DNA of 64,000 nt, taken from Patescibacteria group bacterium (GTDB lineage Bacteria; Patescibacteriota; Patescibacteriia; SG8-24; DYFX01). The stretch is from NCBI GenBank assembly GCA_041659045.1, contig JBAZZB010000002.1, forward strand, positions 85,427 through 149,426, read 5' to 3'. The notes under the pieces are model-generated. The model was given only the letters and a program-made list of their open reading frames with translations, ran no database searches and had not been told where the DNA came from. Below, piece by piece: positions 9,724 through 19,400 of this stretch. The first letter of the stretch is position 1. Each line of letters opens with the position of its first letter. Both the position numbers and the translations under genes were made by a program.

Positions 9724-10565
9724 TACACCCTCCAGGGTTTGTCCTTGTCCTCATTATTGATCCGCTCGCCCTTGGCGAACGGCTCGAGTATCCACTCGGC
9801 ACCATTGTCGGACAACCGCGCGCGGTAGCCGTACATAAGTTCTGGCGAGACCTTGAGAGCAGCGAAGAGCCAACTGATGAGCCGCGGAACGATGACATCT
9901 TTGCCATCTTCGTCTCGGTTCAGTCGACGGAATCCTTCGTATTCGTCCCAACGCTCTTGCGGAGTCATCTCTGACTTCGTCGGCCGATAGATTTCCCAGG
10001 GAGCGTCCCACAACCAACGACCGATTTCGTTTACGATCGTTGATGCAGAGATGATGGAAGTTTGGCCGATCGGTTCGCACGCACCATCTGGAGTCATGCG
10101 GAACGAGAAGGGCGTTTCGCCACGTCGGTGATACCTGCGCAGAAGCATCGCCGTCGCGTCGGCCGTCCGGAATGCAACGAGCGGGCTGAGACGCGCGCTC
10201 GGCAAGGCGAACTTCTCGAAGTCGAGCTCAGGGTGGCGGGCAACGAATCCCGCGCACGTTACTTCGAGGCTTTGACGTTCGACGTCCACGGCCTTGTTGA
10301 GCTCGCCAGTGATATCGTCTTCGGTATCAGGAGCTTTGCCTTCCATGAACGCAGACAACTTCATGAGCAGCTTCATGGCCGCCTCGTTCGACGGTGTGTT
10401 GCCGAGGAACTCACGAAGATCAGTGTTCTCGCAGTCCTCGCACTCGATCATGTGCGCACGGAGCATCTCGGCCTCCACCCTGGGCAGTTGGTCGAGCTCC
10501 GGAGCATCGGGGTGCAGCACGAGATCGGTGAGTAGGTGTTTCCAGCGTTGGCAAAGATCGGACAT
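9723..10565 (-). CDS. Hypothetical protein with N-terminal H-x3-C-x2-C (ZAS-like) motif
   Basis: Start MSDLCQRW at 10565 with GGAGG-8nt-ATG (alt 10580); AHMIECEDCE motif; ORF-track N-terminal extension to 10778 is low-complexity and overlaps next gene. Confidence 0.45.
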   Translation of the reverse strand: MSDLCQRWKHLLTDLVLHPDAPELDQLPRVEAEMLRAHMIECEDCENTDLREFLGNTPSNEAAMKLLMKLSAFMEGKAPDTEDDITGELNKAVDVERQSLEVTCAGFVARHPELDFEKFALPSARLSPLVAFRTADATAMLLRRYHRRGETPFSFRMTPDGACEPIGQTSIISASTIVNEIGRWLWDAPWEIYRPTKSEMTPQERWDEYEGFRRLNRDEDGKDVIVPRLISWLFAALKVSPELMYGYRARLSDNGAEWILEPFAKGERINNEDKDKPWRV

Positions 10566-10647
10566 GATGGCTTCCTCCATAAGAAGTCCGTCTTCACTTA
10601 GCCAAGAAAAAACGCCCCTGTCAATGACGACAGAGGCGGTAGCACCA

Positions 10648-11115
10648 TTACGCCGGACTGGATCCGCTCGAGCGAGTTCTACGTAAACGCACAGCGAATC
10701 CGCCCGTGAGCGGCTCCGCGAAGCAATTCTTGAAGAAACGCGGCCGAAGGAGCAATGCGTGCACGACCCAGCGGGCAATCTGCGGCGCGTACTTCACCGC
10801 GAAATCGCTTCTGTAGAGAAACCGTCGTATTCCATTGTGCATCGTGCCGGCATACGCCGCCTCGACGCCATCCGGAAAGGAAACAGCCCCATCAGCAGAC
10901 AGCCATATCTCGCGCAGGGGCGGATCCGTTGAATCCATCACGAGCGCACAGCAGTTGGACATCGCCACCACCGCACAATACAGATGATCGTGAAAGAGAT
11001 CGCTTGGCAGGCCGAAGTTTTCCGGCTGCAGTTCTGGGTGTGCCTCGATCAAGCCGCGCACACATGCAGCTTCTGCCGTTTCGTACCGCTTTGCATCATC
11101 CTCTTTGTCCACCAC
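10648..11115 (-). CDS. Hypothetical protein
   Basis: In-frame GTG at 11115/11112 after GGGAGG; further upstream ATG (11241) would overlap the divergent kef start; function unknown. Confidence 0.3.
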   Translation of the reverse strand: MVDKEDDAKRYETAEAACVRGLIEAHPELQPENFGLPSDLFHDHLYCAVVAMSNCCALVMDSTDPPLREIWLSADGAVSFPDGVEAAYAGTMHNGIRRFLYRSDFAVKYAPQIARWVVHALLLRPRFFKNCFAEPLTGGFAVRLRRTRSSGSSPA

Positions 11116-11230
11116 GTCGCCTCCCACATGTAGTCGAATAGTGTATAGCACTACCCTTTCCGATTGACAACCACCGGGGCCACCGTATTGACCAGGACGC
11201 AGCCGCATTTTTTTTGTTATACTGAAAGAA

Positions 11231-12925
11231 ATGGAACACATCTTTCTTGAACTCGCCGTCGTCCTCGCGCTCGCAACTGGTCTTGGCGCCCTGGCGCGCG
11301 CTTTGAAGCAACCGACATTACTCGGCTACATCGCGACCGGCTTGATTGTCGGACCGCTCGGCCTTTTGCAGTTGAACCACGGCGAAGTGCTCGATACACT
11401 CGCGCAATTCGGTATTGCCTTCCTGCTTTTCCTGGCCGGCATGGAGATGAACTTCTCCGAATTGCGCCATGTCGGACGTTCAGCCGTGTTGATCGGCGCA
11501 AGTCAGATCGCTTTTACTGGCGGTATTGGCTACGTGATTGCAACACTCCTGGGCTTCGCGCCGCTCTCAGCCCTCTACGTCGCGATCACCCTGTCATTTT
11601 CGAGCACGATCATCGTCATCAAGCTGCTTTCTGAAAAAAAGGCGCTCGATAGTTTGTATGGAAAAATCGTCGTCGGTGTCTTGCTTGTTCAAGACTTTAT
11701 CGCGCTCGGCACACTGATTCTTTTGTCCGGTTTGTCGGGTCCACACGTTGAACCGTCGCAGCTTCCGCTCACGCTCGGGCTCACTTTCGCCAAAGGCGCG
11801 GCGCTTCTCGTCACTTCGCTTCTCATAGGCAAGTACGTGATGCCGAAGCTTCTGCATCGCCTGGCCGGTTCTCAAGAAGTACTCTTCCTCGCCAGTCTGA
11901 CATGGGGCCTCGGTCTCGCCGCTCTCGCCGACCTGCCGTCGATCGGTTTGACGATCGAAATCGGCAGCTTTATGGCCGGTGTCGCGCTTTCGGAATCCGT
12001 CGAGCACTTCCAGATCATGAGCCGCGTGCGCCCCTTGCGCGACGTTTTTGCTGTGACCTTCTTCATCACGCTTGGATCGAAACTCGTTCTGACCGGCACG
12101 AGCGCTCATCTGCTTCCGATCATCGTGCTTTCTCTGTTTGTGTTGATCATGAAGCCGCTCCTCGTCATGGTAACCATGGGGCTTCTTGGCTATCGCGCAC
12201 GCACATCCTTCATGACAGGTATCGCTATCGCGCAGGTTTCCGAGTTCAGCTTGATCGTCATGGCCCTTGCCTTGCGTATCGGCCACACCAACCAGGAACT
12301 CGTCTCGATCATCACCGCCGTCGCGCTCATCACCATTCTCGTATCGTCGTATCTTATTTTGCACGCTGAAAATCTTTACGCGTGGTTGGCTCCCTTCCTG
12401 AAGAAAACCATTGAATACAACGCGAAACATGAAAAGCATATTCGCGACACGTCTTTGAAGAACCACGTCGTTTTGGTCGGCGCGCATCGCGTCGGACACA
12501 ACATTCTTCGCGCGCTCGAAGACCTACACAAAACGTTCATGGTCGTCGACTTCAACCCGGACGTTGTCTTGCACCTTGAACGCCGCGGTATTCACGCGCT
12601 CTACGGCGACATCGCCGACCCGGACATCCAAGACGCGGCCGGATTCGATACCGCACGCGCCGTTATTTCGACGGTACCCGCCTTCAACGAATCCGTGCAC
12701 TTGCTTTCACGCCTGAAAAAATCCAACCCTCGCGCCAAAGTCATTTTGACGGCCTCGACCGAATTCGACGCGGTTGCGCTCTACGAGCGTGGCGCCGACT
12801 ACGTCATCCTCCCTCACTTTGCCGGAGGTTTGCAGCTCGGACGACTTCTTGAAGAAGATAAAACGCTTCGCACGCTCGCGAAGCTACGCGAACAGGATCT
12901 TGCCATTATCATCGAGCGCCCGTAG
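11231..12925 (+). CDS. Cation:proton antiporter (CPA2/Kef-type) with C-terminal TrkA-N/RCK domain
   Basis: 564 aa; 12-13 TM N-terminal Na_H_Exchanger-like region, VVLVGAHRVGHNILRALED Rossmann RCK motif; extended -10 TGtTATACT upstream. Confidence 0.85.
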   Translation: MEHIFLELAVVLALATGLGALARALKQPTLLGYIATGLIVGPLGLLQLNHGEVLDTLAQFGIAFLLFLAGMEMNFSELRHVGRSAVLIGASQIAFTGGIGYVIATLLGFAPLSALYVAITLSFSSTIIVIKLLSEKKALDSLYGKIVVGVLLVQDFIALGTLILLSGLSGPHVEPSQLPLTLGLTFAKGAALLVTSLLIGKYVMPKLLHRLAGSQEVLFLASLTWGLGLAALADLPSIGLTIEIGSFMAGVALSESVEHFQIMSRVRPLRDVFAVTFFITLGSKLVLTGTSAHLLPIIVLSLFVLIMKPLLVMVTMGLLGYRARTSFMTGIAIAQVSEFSLIVMALALRIGHTNQELVSIITAVALITILVSSYLILHAENLYAWLAPFLKKTIEYNAKHEKHIRDTSLKNHVVLVGAHRVGHNILRALEDLHKTFMVVDFNPDVVLHLERRGIHALYGDIADPDIQDAAGFDTARAVISTVPAFNESVHLLSRLKKSNPRAKVILTASTEFDAVALYERGADYVILPHFAGGLQLGRLLEEDKTLRTLAKLREQDLAIIIERP

Positions 12926-12946
12926 AGTCGAGCCAGGAGGTAAGCG

Positions 12947-13792
12947 ATGTGCACCGTCCTCGTTGGTTATAACCTGTTTCAGCACGAGCCACTTGTCGTG
13001 GCCGCCAATCGAGATGAGATGCTCGACCGCGCGGCACGACCTCCGCAGATCTTTGAAGGCGCCCGCAGAGTCTTGGCGCCGACCGACTTGGTACGCGGTG
13101 GCACGTGGATCGGCGTGAACGCCTCCGGTGTCTTCGCCGCCCTGACGAACCGTATCGATGTCACTTCGGTCTGGGACCCGAATCGTCCCGACCTCATGAA
13201 ATCACGCGGCGAGATCGTGCATCTGGCGCTTGCCAACCGAACGGCTAGCGACGCACTCGCGGTGATCGCGAGGCTCAGAACGCGCGACTACAACGGCTAT
13301 CACCTGATCGTCGGCGACGCTGAAGATCTCTTCACGGCAGCTGGTGGCGGCGCGAGCGGCCCCGAACACCCAGTCATCGCCCACCACTCCGAGGAGCCTG
13401 GCCTCCTGGTCGTTTCGAACCTGGGCATCGGCCCGGCACACAGCCCGCGCGCGCGAGCGATCATGGACGTCTGGGGCGATGAAACGCTCCGGCTGCGGCA
13501 TGAAAAACCGCACCGAGCGTTGTGGGATAGACTGCTCACGATCCACGATCCTGATCCGCACCACGAGAACGGCTGGATGAAACGCATGGCCTCGACCTGC
13601 ATCCACCGTCCGGAAGAGGAGAACTACGGTACGCGCTCGTCGACCTTCCTTGCACTCAACGCGTCACGTGGCGCTCCCCCGCATCGGAAGTACCCGGCAG
13701 AATGGCGCTACTGGCACCGTGAGCGTCCCGCAGGTGCGCATGCCTGTCATGGCCGCTGGAGCCCGGTGATCACGCTGCCGATCCAAGAATAG
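12947..13792 (+). CDS. NRDE-family (TANGO2/DUF833-like) protein
   Basis: Begins MCTVLVGY...VVAANRDE (family-defining N-terminal Cys2 and NRDE motif); AGGAGG RBS 8 nt upstream; 22 nt after kef stop. Confidence 0.7.
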   Translation: MCTVLVGYNLFQHEPLVVAANRDEMLDRAARPPQIFEGARRVLAPTDLVRGGTWIGVNASGVFAALTNRIDVTSVWDPNRPDLMKSRGEIVHLALANRTASDALAVIARLRTRDYNGYHLIVGDAEDLFTAAGGGASGPEHPVIAHHSEEPGLLVVSNLGIGPAHSPRARAIMDVWGDETLRLRHEKPHRALWDRLLTIHDPDPHHENGWMKRMASTCIHRPEEENYGTRSSTFLALNASRGAPPHRKYPAEWRYWHRERPAGAHACHGRWSPVITLPIQE

Positions 13793-13796
13793 AAAA

Positions 13797-13834
13797 GCCC
13801 CGTCACGACAGTCGTCGAACGGGGCATTTTATTT
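13797..13834. terminator. Bidirectional intrinsic terminator between convergent genes
   Basis: GCCCCG...CGGGGC stem flanked by A-run and TTTTATTT. Confidence 0.55.
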
Positions 13835-15136
13835 GTCGCACTTTGTGACAGTCCAATCGTCAGGGTCGGACGCGACGCATTCAGAGCTTTGCGCCTTGCG
13901 CGGCATTCTCCGAGACCGACTGAAGCGTTCGTCCTCCGGATGCGCTTTGATCCAAGCACGCTCCGCCTTCTTGTATTCCTTCGCGGGAACGATCTTCGGA
14001 TAACGCTTCCAAAGATACCGCGCGTCGACCATGTTGCCCGCGATAACGGCCGCACGAAAAGCCTTGAGCACACCCTCCGTACGGAGCGTCTCGGAAGCAC
14101 CGAATTCGGCAACCTCCGCCGCGTCGTCGAATTTGCCCTCTTCGAGCAGTTTCTCGAACGCGCGATCTTGCCAGATGATCTCCTTGGACGACATGCCAAC
14201 GAAACGCGCGCGCCCATGCGCAATTGCGTAGCTATAGGCCGCGTCACGGAGACTCGGACGCATGACGCACAGCTTCTCGAGTCCGTATTCGTCGTGCTGC
14301 GCAAACAACTGCTGCACGAGATAGCGAATACCGTCCTCGCCGCCATGCCCCAAGGTATTGAACTCAAAGGCCAGGTGATACCTGCGATGACGAACCGTCT
14401 CGAAGAACAGCGTGCGATACTCCGCTTGCGAAAAGCCCCAACCGCTCGAATCGAGCCGCTCGCTCTCGCACGTGCTGTCCTTGAGCGACTGCGCCAGATA
14501 GTCGACATCGACACCAAGTCGCGAAGCGGCCTTGAGGCCGAAGCTACAATTGCCGCTCTCGATGTACAGCCCAACGAATTCGAGCTTGTCGATGACGTTC
14601 CAGTTTGAACGCAATGCCATCTCGAGCGCGTACTCGTTCTTGTCGTCGTTGGCAGCGGTCGTAATGATCTCGTACCGCTGCTCACGGCCCAGGGGACACT
14701 CGTAGTCGAGCAGCAGATAGAGAAGCTCGCTGCTCTCGGCGACATCGCTCGCACGCGTCACGTCTTCAACAGCGAGGCTGATGGAAGCACTGGTCGGACC
14801 ATACAAGCACGCGATCGCGACTTCTTCGCGATAGGCCTGCCAGGCGATCTTCCACAATTTGACCCTCGCCTCATAGTCGTCACCGTCGACAAAAGCTTTC
14901 AAGCTTTTCTTGGCGACCTTGCGCGCTTCACGGAGCGCCAACCCAACAAGCATCGGATCAAGCCGACCTTGCGTGGCCGCCATCGCCGCTAGCTCGTAGT
15001 TGCCGCCGAGAAAATACTCCCTCCAGTCGTCATGCGCTTGATAGCGCAAGCTCTCTGCCCGATCGGGCGTCGAAACAGGCGCCGGGCCACGCAAACATCC
15101 GGCCAAAACGAAAGCCGAAAGTATCCATGCGCGCAT
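13829..15136 (-). CDS. Putative lipoprotein (helical repeats), hypothetical
   Basis: MRAWILSAFVLAGCLRG lipobox-like signal; AAGGAG-5nt-ATG; overlapping Arg-rich ORF 13747..14754 judged spurious. Confidence 0.55.
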   Translation of the reverse strand: MRAWILSAFVLAGCLRGPAPVSTPDRAESLRYQAHDDWREYFLGGNYELAAMAATQGRLDPMLVGLALREARKVAKKSLKAFVDGDDYEARVKLWKIAWQAYREEVAIACLYGPTSASISLAVEDVTRASDVAESSELLYLLLDYECPLGREQRYEIITTAANDDKNEYALEMALRSNWNVIDKLEFVGLYIESGNCSFGLKAASRLGVDVDYLAQSLKDSTCESERLDSSGWGFSQAEYRTLFFETVRHRRYHLAFEFNTLGHGGEDGIRYLVQQLFAQHDEYGLEKLCVMRPSLRDAAYSYAIAHGRARFVGMSSKEIIWQDRAFEKLLEEGKFDDAAEVAEFGASETLRTEGVLKAFRAAVIAGNMVDARYLWKRYPKIVPAKEYKKAERAWIKAHPEDERFSRSRRMPRKAQSSECVASDPDDWTVTKCDK

Positions 15137-15176
15137 GGTCTCTCCTTTGGTAAAAAGACCTCAAATTCACCGTAAC

Positions 15177-15887
15177 TCACCGCAGGTCTTTGCGCAACGT
15201 GAGTGCCTTTTTCAAAAAATCGATACCAGTCCCGATGAGTCGGACCTTGCTGCCCCCGGACGTCTTCGAGCGTTCCGCCCAGCGAATACCGCATTCTTCA
15301 ATCTTCATGCCGCGCTGACGCAACCGCGCCAAAAGCTCGCTATCAAAGAAAAACCCGTCGTCTTTCACGATCGGCACCACCTCATCGCGTACGCGTCGAG
15401 AAAACGCCTTGCACCCGCACTGCGGATCTCGCACATCAAGGTGCAGGATCGTCTCAGAGACGAACGCATAAACCACTGTCACAATCTGACGAAGCAGTGG
15501 GCGTTCGACTTCGGCTCCTTCAGCGCGGCGTGAACCGATAGCGATGTCAGCGCCGTTTGCAACGAGTCTCACAAGACGCTCCGCCGAATCAAGATCAGCA
15601 GAAAGATCCGCGTCCATAAAAAGATAGACATCGGCTTCTACTGCAGCGGCAGCTCGTTTGATTGCTCCGCCCTTTCCCGCGATCTTTGAACTGAGCGTAA
15701 TCAACCCCGGCAACACTTTTTCCAAAACTTTTGAAACCCAAGCCGTGTTGTCGTGCGATCCATTCTCGGAAAGCACGAGCGTGAACCCGTCGCCGAATGC
15801 TTTTCTCCCCCACTCCCAAACCTTCTTCGCATTCGTTTCGAGAATCGCGGCCTCGTCGTGCGCGGGAATGAGGACGGCAACCTTCAT
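15177..15887 (-). CDS. Family 2 glycosyltransferase (Dpm1/polyprenol-phosphate sugar transferase-like)
   Basis: VLIPAHDEA...DADLS(A)D... DxD-type GT-A motifs; 6 nt after upstream oxidoreductase stop. Confidence 0.8.
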   Translation of the reverse strand: MKVAVLIPAHDEAAILETNAKKVWEWGRKAFGDGFTLVLSENGSHDNTAWVSKVLEKVLPGLITLSSKIAGKGGAIKRAAAAVEADVYLFMDADLSADLDSAERLVRLVANGADIAIGSRRAEGAEVERPLLRQIVTVVYAFVSETILHLDVRDPQCGCKAFSRRVRDEVVPIVKDDGFFFDSELLARLRQRGMKIEECGIRWAERSKTSGGSKVRLIGTGIDFLKKALTLRKDLR

Positions 15888-15893
15888 TGTGTA

Positions 15894-17114
15894 TTAAAAT
15901 CCGTCGAGCGGTACGTTCGGATCGGCAAGCTCCTGTTCGCGTCCAGCCAAAAGGATACCGGACGTGATGAGCGTTGCCGCAGCTGCGCGCTGGTCGGTCG
16001 CATTCAAAAGAATGGCGCCGATCACGCGGCCTCGGAGCGTGCGGAACTCGATGATCTTTTTCCCCTCCTCAATCACGCGCTCGTGGCGCTGTACGTCCGG
16101 CAGCATGCGGGATTCGCCAAGAAACATGAGGTTTACGCCCGGAAACACGGCCGTGCTGTAGCCTGTCAGCATCGTGAATTTTTCTTCCTTACCGAGAAGC
16201 GCCTGACCGACATGCCGACCTTGGGCGATCGCGTTGGTCCAGTTACCGACAATGCGGCGAAGCCCGGTCACTTCGTCGTCGTACTCGGCGCAGTCACCTG
16301 CCACCCACACGTTCTCATGCTTCGTTTTCAAAAAGGCGTCTCCTCGCAAGCCGTGCTCGCCGCGCAGGTCGCCGAACGGTTCCGTCGGAACCTCGACGCC
16401 GATACCGACGCCAACCAGTTCGCACGCAATGGTTTCGCCTGTCGAAAGTTTCACTCCGGAAATTTTTTCTCCCCCTTCAATCGAAGCGACTTTAGCATTG
16501 TTGCGCACCACGATCCCCTTGGCCTCAAAAGAAGCCTGCACGGCATCAGCGATCATTTCGCCGAGCGCTGACGTCCAAAAATGCGGACCGCGATTGATGA
16601 GCGTCGCCTGCATCCCTTTCTCAACACATAAGGCAGCAAACTCGATCCCAATGAATCCGCTGCCAACGATCGCCATGCGCATGCCGGACTGCAAGCGCTC
16701 GCGCAGTTTCACGGCATCCTCGTACGTTTGAAGTTGAAGCACGTCCGCATGGTCGGCGCCCTTCATCTGCCAAACGCGCGTCTTGCCGCCGACAGCGACG
16801 AGCATTTTCCTAAACGCGAGTTCCTCTCCTCCATCGAGCGTGGCCACACGATGTTTGAAATCAACGCGGAGCACTGAACGGCCGGCCATGAGCTCGATTT
16901 TCTTCTCGGCGTACCATGCCTCATTTTTCAAAAAAGCCTTCTCGGGGGCGATCTTCCCCTTCACCGCGTGCGGCAAAAGTACGCGTGAATACAACGTGTG
17001 CGCCTCATCCGAAATAATCACAACATCGCCCGCTCCTCCGCCTGCGCGATAGACCTCGGCCGCCGTCGTCCCAGCCGCGCCGCCACCAACGATGAGCACC
17101 TCAACTTCTCGCAT
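15894..17114 (-). CDS. FAD-dependent pyridine nucleotide-disulfide oxidoreductase (ferredoxin/rubredoxin-reductase or NADH-oxidase class)
   Basis: VLIVGGGAAGTTAA FAD motif, IVGSGFIGIEFA NAD motif, 406 aa. Confidence 0.8.
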   Translation of the reverse strand: MREVEVLIVGGGAAGTTAAEVYRAGGGAGDVVIISDEAHTLYSRVLLPHAVKGKIAPEKAFLKNEAWYAEKKIELMAGRSVLRVDFKHRVATLDGGEELAFRKMLVAVGGKTRVWQMKGADHADVLQLQTYEDAVKLRERLQSGMRMAIVGSGFIGIEFAALCVEKGMQATLINRGPHFWTSALGEMIADAVQASFEAKGIVVRNNAKVASIEGGEKISGVKLSTGETIACELVGVGIGVEVPTEPFGDLRGEHGLRGDAFLKTKHENVWVAGDCAEYDDEVTGLRRIVGNWTNAIAQGRHVGQALLGKEEKFTMLTGYSTAVFPGVNLMFLGESRMLPDVQRHERVIEEGKKIIEFRTLRGRVIGAILLNATDQRAAAATLITSGILLAGREQELADPNVPLDGF

Positions 17115-17132
17115 ATGCCAAATCTACCCGCG

Positions 17133-17372
17133 TTACGGGTAGACCTGATTACCTTCTTCGTCGTAGAGAAAGATGGCTTTGGTTGGGCAGGATTCTGCCG
17201 CCATCTTGATCGTCTCGGCATCATGGCCATCGATGTCGACGAGGTAGGCCTTGTTCTCTTCGTCCATCTGAAAGGTACCGGGCGCAATCACGACGCACGA
17301 AGCGGCCCCGATACAGAGGTCGCGGTCGATGACGATCTTGGCGATTTTGAGCGGCTTAGCTTCGTGAGACAT
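17133..17372 (-). CDS. Small [4Fe-4S]-type ferredoxin
   Basis: 79 aa; DRDLCIGAASCVVIAPG ... AAESCP cysteine pattern typical of single-cluster ferredoxins; 18 nt upstream of oxidoreductase. Confidence 0.65.
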   Translation of the reverse strand: MSHEAKPLKIAKIVIDRDLCIGAASCVVIAPGTFQMDEENKAYLVDIDGHDAETIKMAAESCPTKAIFLYDEEGNQVYP

Positions 17373-17387
17373 ATCGCGGATAAGCGT

Positions 17388-17419
17388 AAATCAAAACCGC
17401 CCCTTCGGCAAGGGCGGTT
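17388..17419 (-). terminator. Intrinsic terminator after ABC permease
   Basis: AACCGCCC-9nt loop-GGGCGGTT then TTTTGATTT on minus strand. Confidence 0.6.
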
Positions 17420-17427
17420 CCATCGGT

Positions 17428-18657
17428 TTACTCGTACCGGAGCGCTTCGATCGGATCGAGTCTCGAAGCTTTTCGCGCCGGATAGAGACCGAAGACGAGG
17501 CCGACGGCAGTGGCAACTCCGAAGGCTTTAAGCACGGCGTCGAGCGGCACGATGAAGACCCAACCATCGATGAGATTCGCAACAATCTTCGAGCCGAGCC
17601 AAGAGATCGCGGCACCCAACATCGCGCCCAGCAGGCCTCCGATCATCGTAAGCAGAATCGCTTCAATCAAGAACTGCGTCATGATGTCGCGTCGGCGCGC
17701 GCCGAGTGCCTTGCGCAGACCGATTTCACGGGTGCGTTCCGTCACCGAGACCAGCATGATGTTCATGATGCCGATGCCGCCAACGAAGAGCGAGATCGAA
17801 GCGATCGCCGAGAGGAAGATTGTGAGCGCGGAAGAGATCGCACCGAACGTCGAGGCGGCCTGTTCCTGCGTCGTAACTTGGAAATCATCTTTTTTCTTGT
17901 CGCCGTCGGGGTTGTCGATATCGTGGCGATCGCGGAGCAAGAGGCGAATGTCCTCAGCCGCGTACTCCGGATTCCCCTTGAGTCGCGCGGTGATAAACGT
18001 GACGTGATCTTCGCCTTGCAGTTCACGGCGAGCGGTTGAAATCGGCAGGTAGACCGACTTGTCGAGGTCCTGGAAAAAGAGGACGCCGAGCTTCGGCAGC
18101 ACGCCGATCACCAAGAACGTCTTACGCTTGACCGTCACGGTCTGACCGACCGGGTTGTCGTCGCCAAAGAGGTCTTCCGCAGCTTTTGAACCGAGCACGA
18201 TCGAACGCAGCGCACCCTCAACATCGGACTCATCGAACCAGCGTCCTTGCTCAGCTTCAAAAGAGTTCAGCTCCGCGTACTCAACTGTTGTCGCCACGAT
18301 CTGCGGCGAAATGTTGGTACCTGCCCGACTCACGACGCCGTCGACGTATTTGATCGGCGCGGCGATCTTCACGCTATCAAGCTTGTTAATCGCCACGAAG
18401 TCGTCGTATTTGAGCGCGTTGAGCTGAGCAAAGTTGGGCGGACCCGCGCCGTCACCACCGCCCGGCTCCACGAAAACCGAGTCCTGACCGAAGCTTTCGA
18501 GTTGGTTCAAAATCAAACCTTCGACGCCCTTGCCGAGCGACGTCATCAAAATAACGGACGCGATACCGATAATAATACCGAGCATCGTCAAAAGCGTGCG
18601 GAGCTTTTGCGCGAGCAGGCCCTTGATCGACGTTTGGATGGATTCCAAATACTGCAT
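17428..18657 (-). CDS. ABC transporter permease, MacB/FtsX-like
   Basis: 409 aa, N-terminal TM, large periplasmic domain, C-terminal FtsX-type 3-TM bundle. Confidence 0.85.
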   Translation of the reverse strand: MQYLESIQTSIKGLLAQKLRTLLTMLGIIIGIASVILMTSLGKGVEGLILNQLESFGQDSVFVEPGGGDGAGPPNFAQLNALKYDDFVAINKLDSVKIAAPIKYVDGVVSRAGTNISPQIVATTVEYAELNSFEAEQGRWFDESDVEGALRSIVLGSKAAEDLFGDDNPVGQTVTVKRKTFLVIGVLPKLGVLFFQDLDKSVYLPISTARRELQGEDHVTFITARLKGNPEYAAEDIRLLLRDRHDIDNPDGDKKKDDFQVTTQEQAASTFGAISSALTIFLSAIASISLFVGGIGIMNIMLVSVTERTREIGLRKALGARRRDIMTQFLIEAILLTMIGGLLGAMLGAAISWLGSKIVANLIDGWVFIVPLDAVLKAFGVATAVGLVFGLYPARKASRLDPIEALRYE

Positions 18658-18658
18658 A

Positions 18659-19396
18659 TCACTTGTTGAGCGTACCGCCGCGGGCGCTCTTGCGCGCCTG
18701 CACGACGATATCGCCTTCTAGAACGCCGTCGCGCATCGAAATAATGCGACTCGCGTGTTCAGCCGTTTCTTTTTCGTGCGTCACGAGAATGATGGTGTTC
18801 CCCTTTTCGTTCAGGTTCTCAAGAATCTCCATGACGATGCCGCCCGACTTTGAGTCGAGGTTGCCCGTGGGTTCGTCGGCAAAAATGACCGCCGGCTTCG
18901 AAACCAAGGCGCGCGCAATTGCCACACGCTGTTTTTCGCCACCGGAGATGCGCGTCACCGAATAATCGCGACGATGTTCGAGACCGACTGAAGCGATCGC
19001 TTCGTTGGCGCGAGCGTTGCGCTCACTTTCGGAAATGTCGTGATACGCCAGCGCGAGTTTGACGTTGTCGAGCACCGAAAGTTCCGGCAGCAAGAAGAAG
19101 GCTTGGAAGACGAAGCCGACGCGATCGCGGCGCATGAGCGCTAAGTCATCGTCCGTCAGACTGCTGACGTCTTGTCCGTCGAATTCGTAGCGGCCCTCCG
19201 TCGCGTGATCGAGAAAGCCCAGAATATGCATCAAGGTCGACTTGCCGGAACCAGACGGTCCCATAATCGCGATGAACTCACCCTTCTCGATGCCGAACGA
19301 GACCCCTTTGAGAACAGGGGTCTCGATTTCTCCGGTCACGTAGTTTTTCTTGAGTCCCTCGATGCGAATGAGGGGTTTTCCGTTACCGTGTGACAT
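18659..19396 (-). CDS. ABC transporter ATP-binding protein (MacB/LolD-type)
   Basis: Walker A GPSGSGKST, signature ISGGEKQRVAIARAL, Walker B IIFADEPTGNLD. Confidence 0.9.
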   Translation of the reverse strand: MSHGNGKPLIRIEGLKKNYVTGEIETPVLKGVSFGIEKGEFIAIMGPSGSGKSTLMHILGFLDHATEGRYEFDGQDVSSLTDDDLALMRRDRVGFVFQAFFLLPELSVLDNVKLALAYHDISESERNARANEAIASVGLEHRRDYSVTRISGGEKQRVAIARALVSKPAVIFADEPTGNLDSKSGGIVMEILENLNEKGNTIILVTHEKETAEHASRIISMRDGVLEGDIVVQARKSARGGTLNK

Positions 19397-19400
19397 GGCT

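Noticed and set aside
13747-14754. 335-aa minus-strand ORF overlapping the lipoprotein gene
   Set aside because: Arg/Ser-rich low-complexity translation in an alternative frame; the 13829..15136 frame gives a normal protein with signal peptide and strong RBS.
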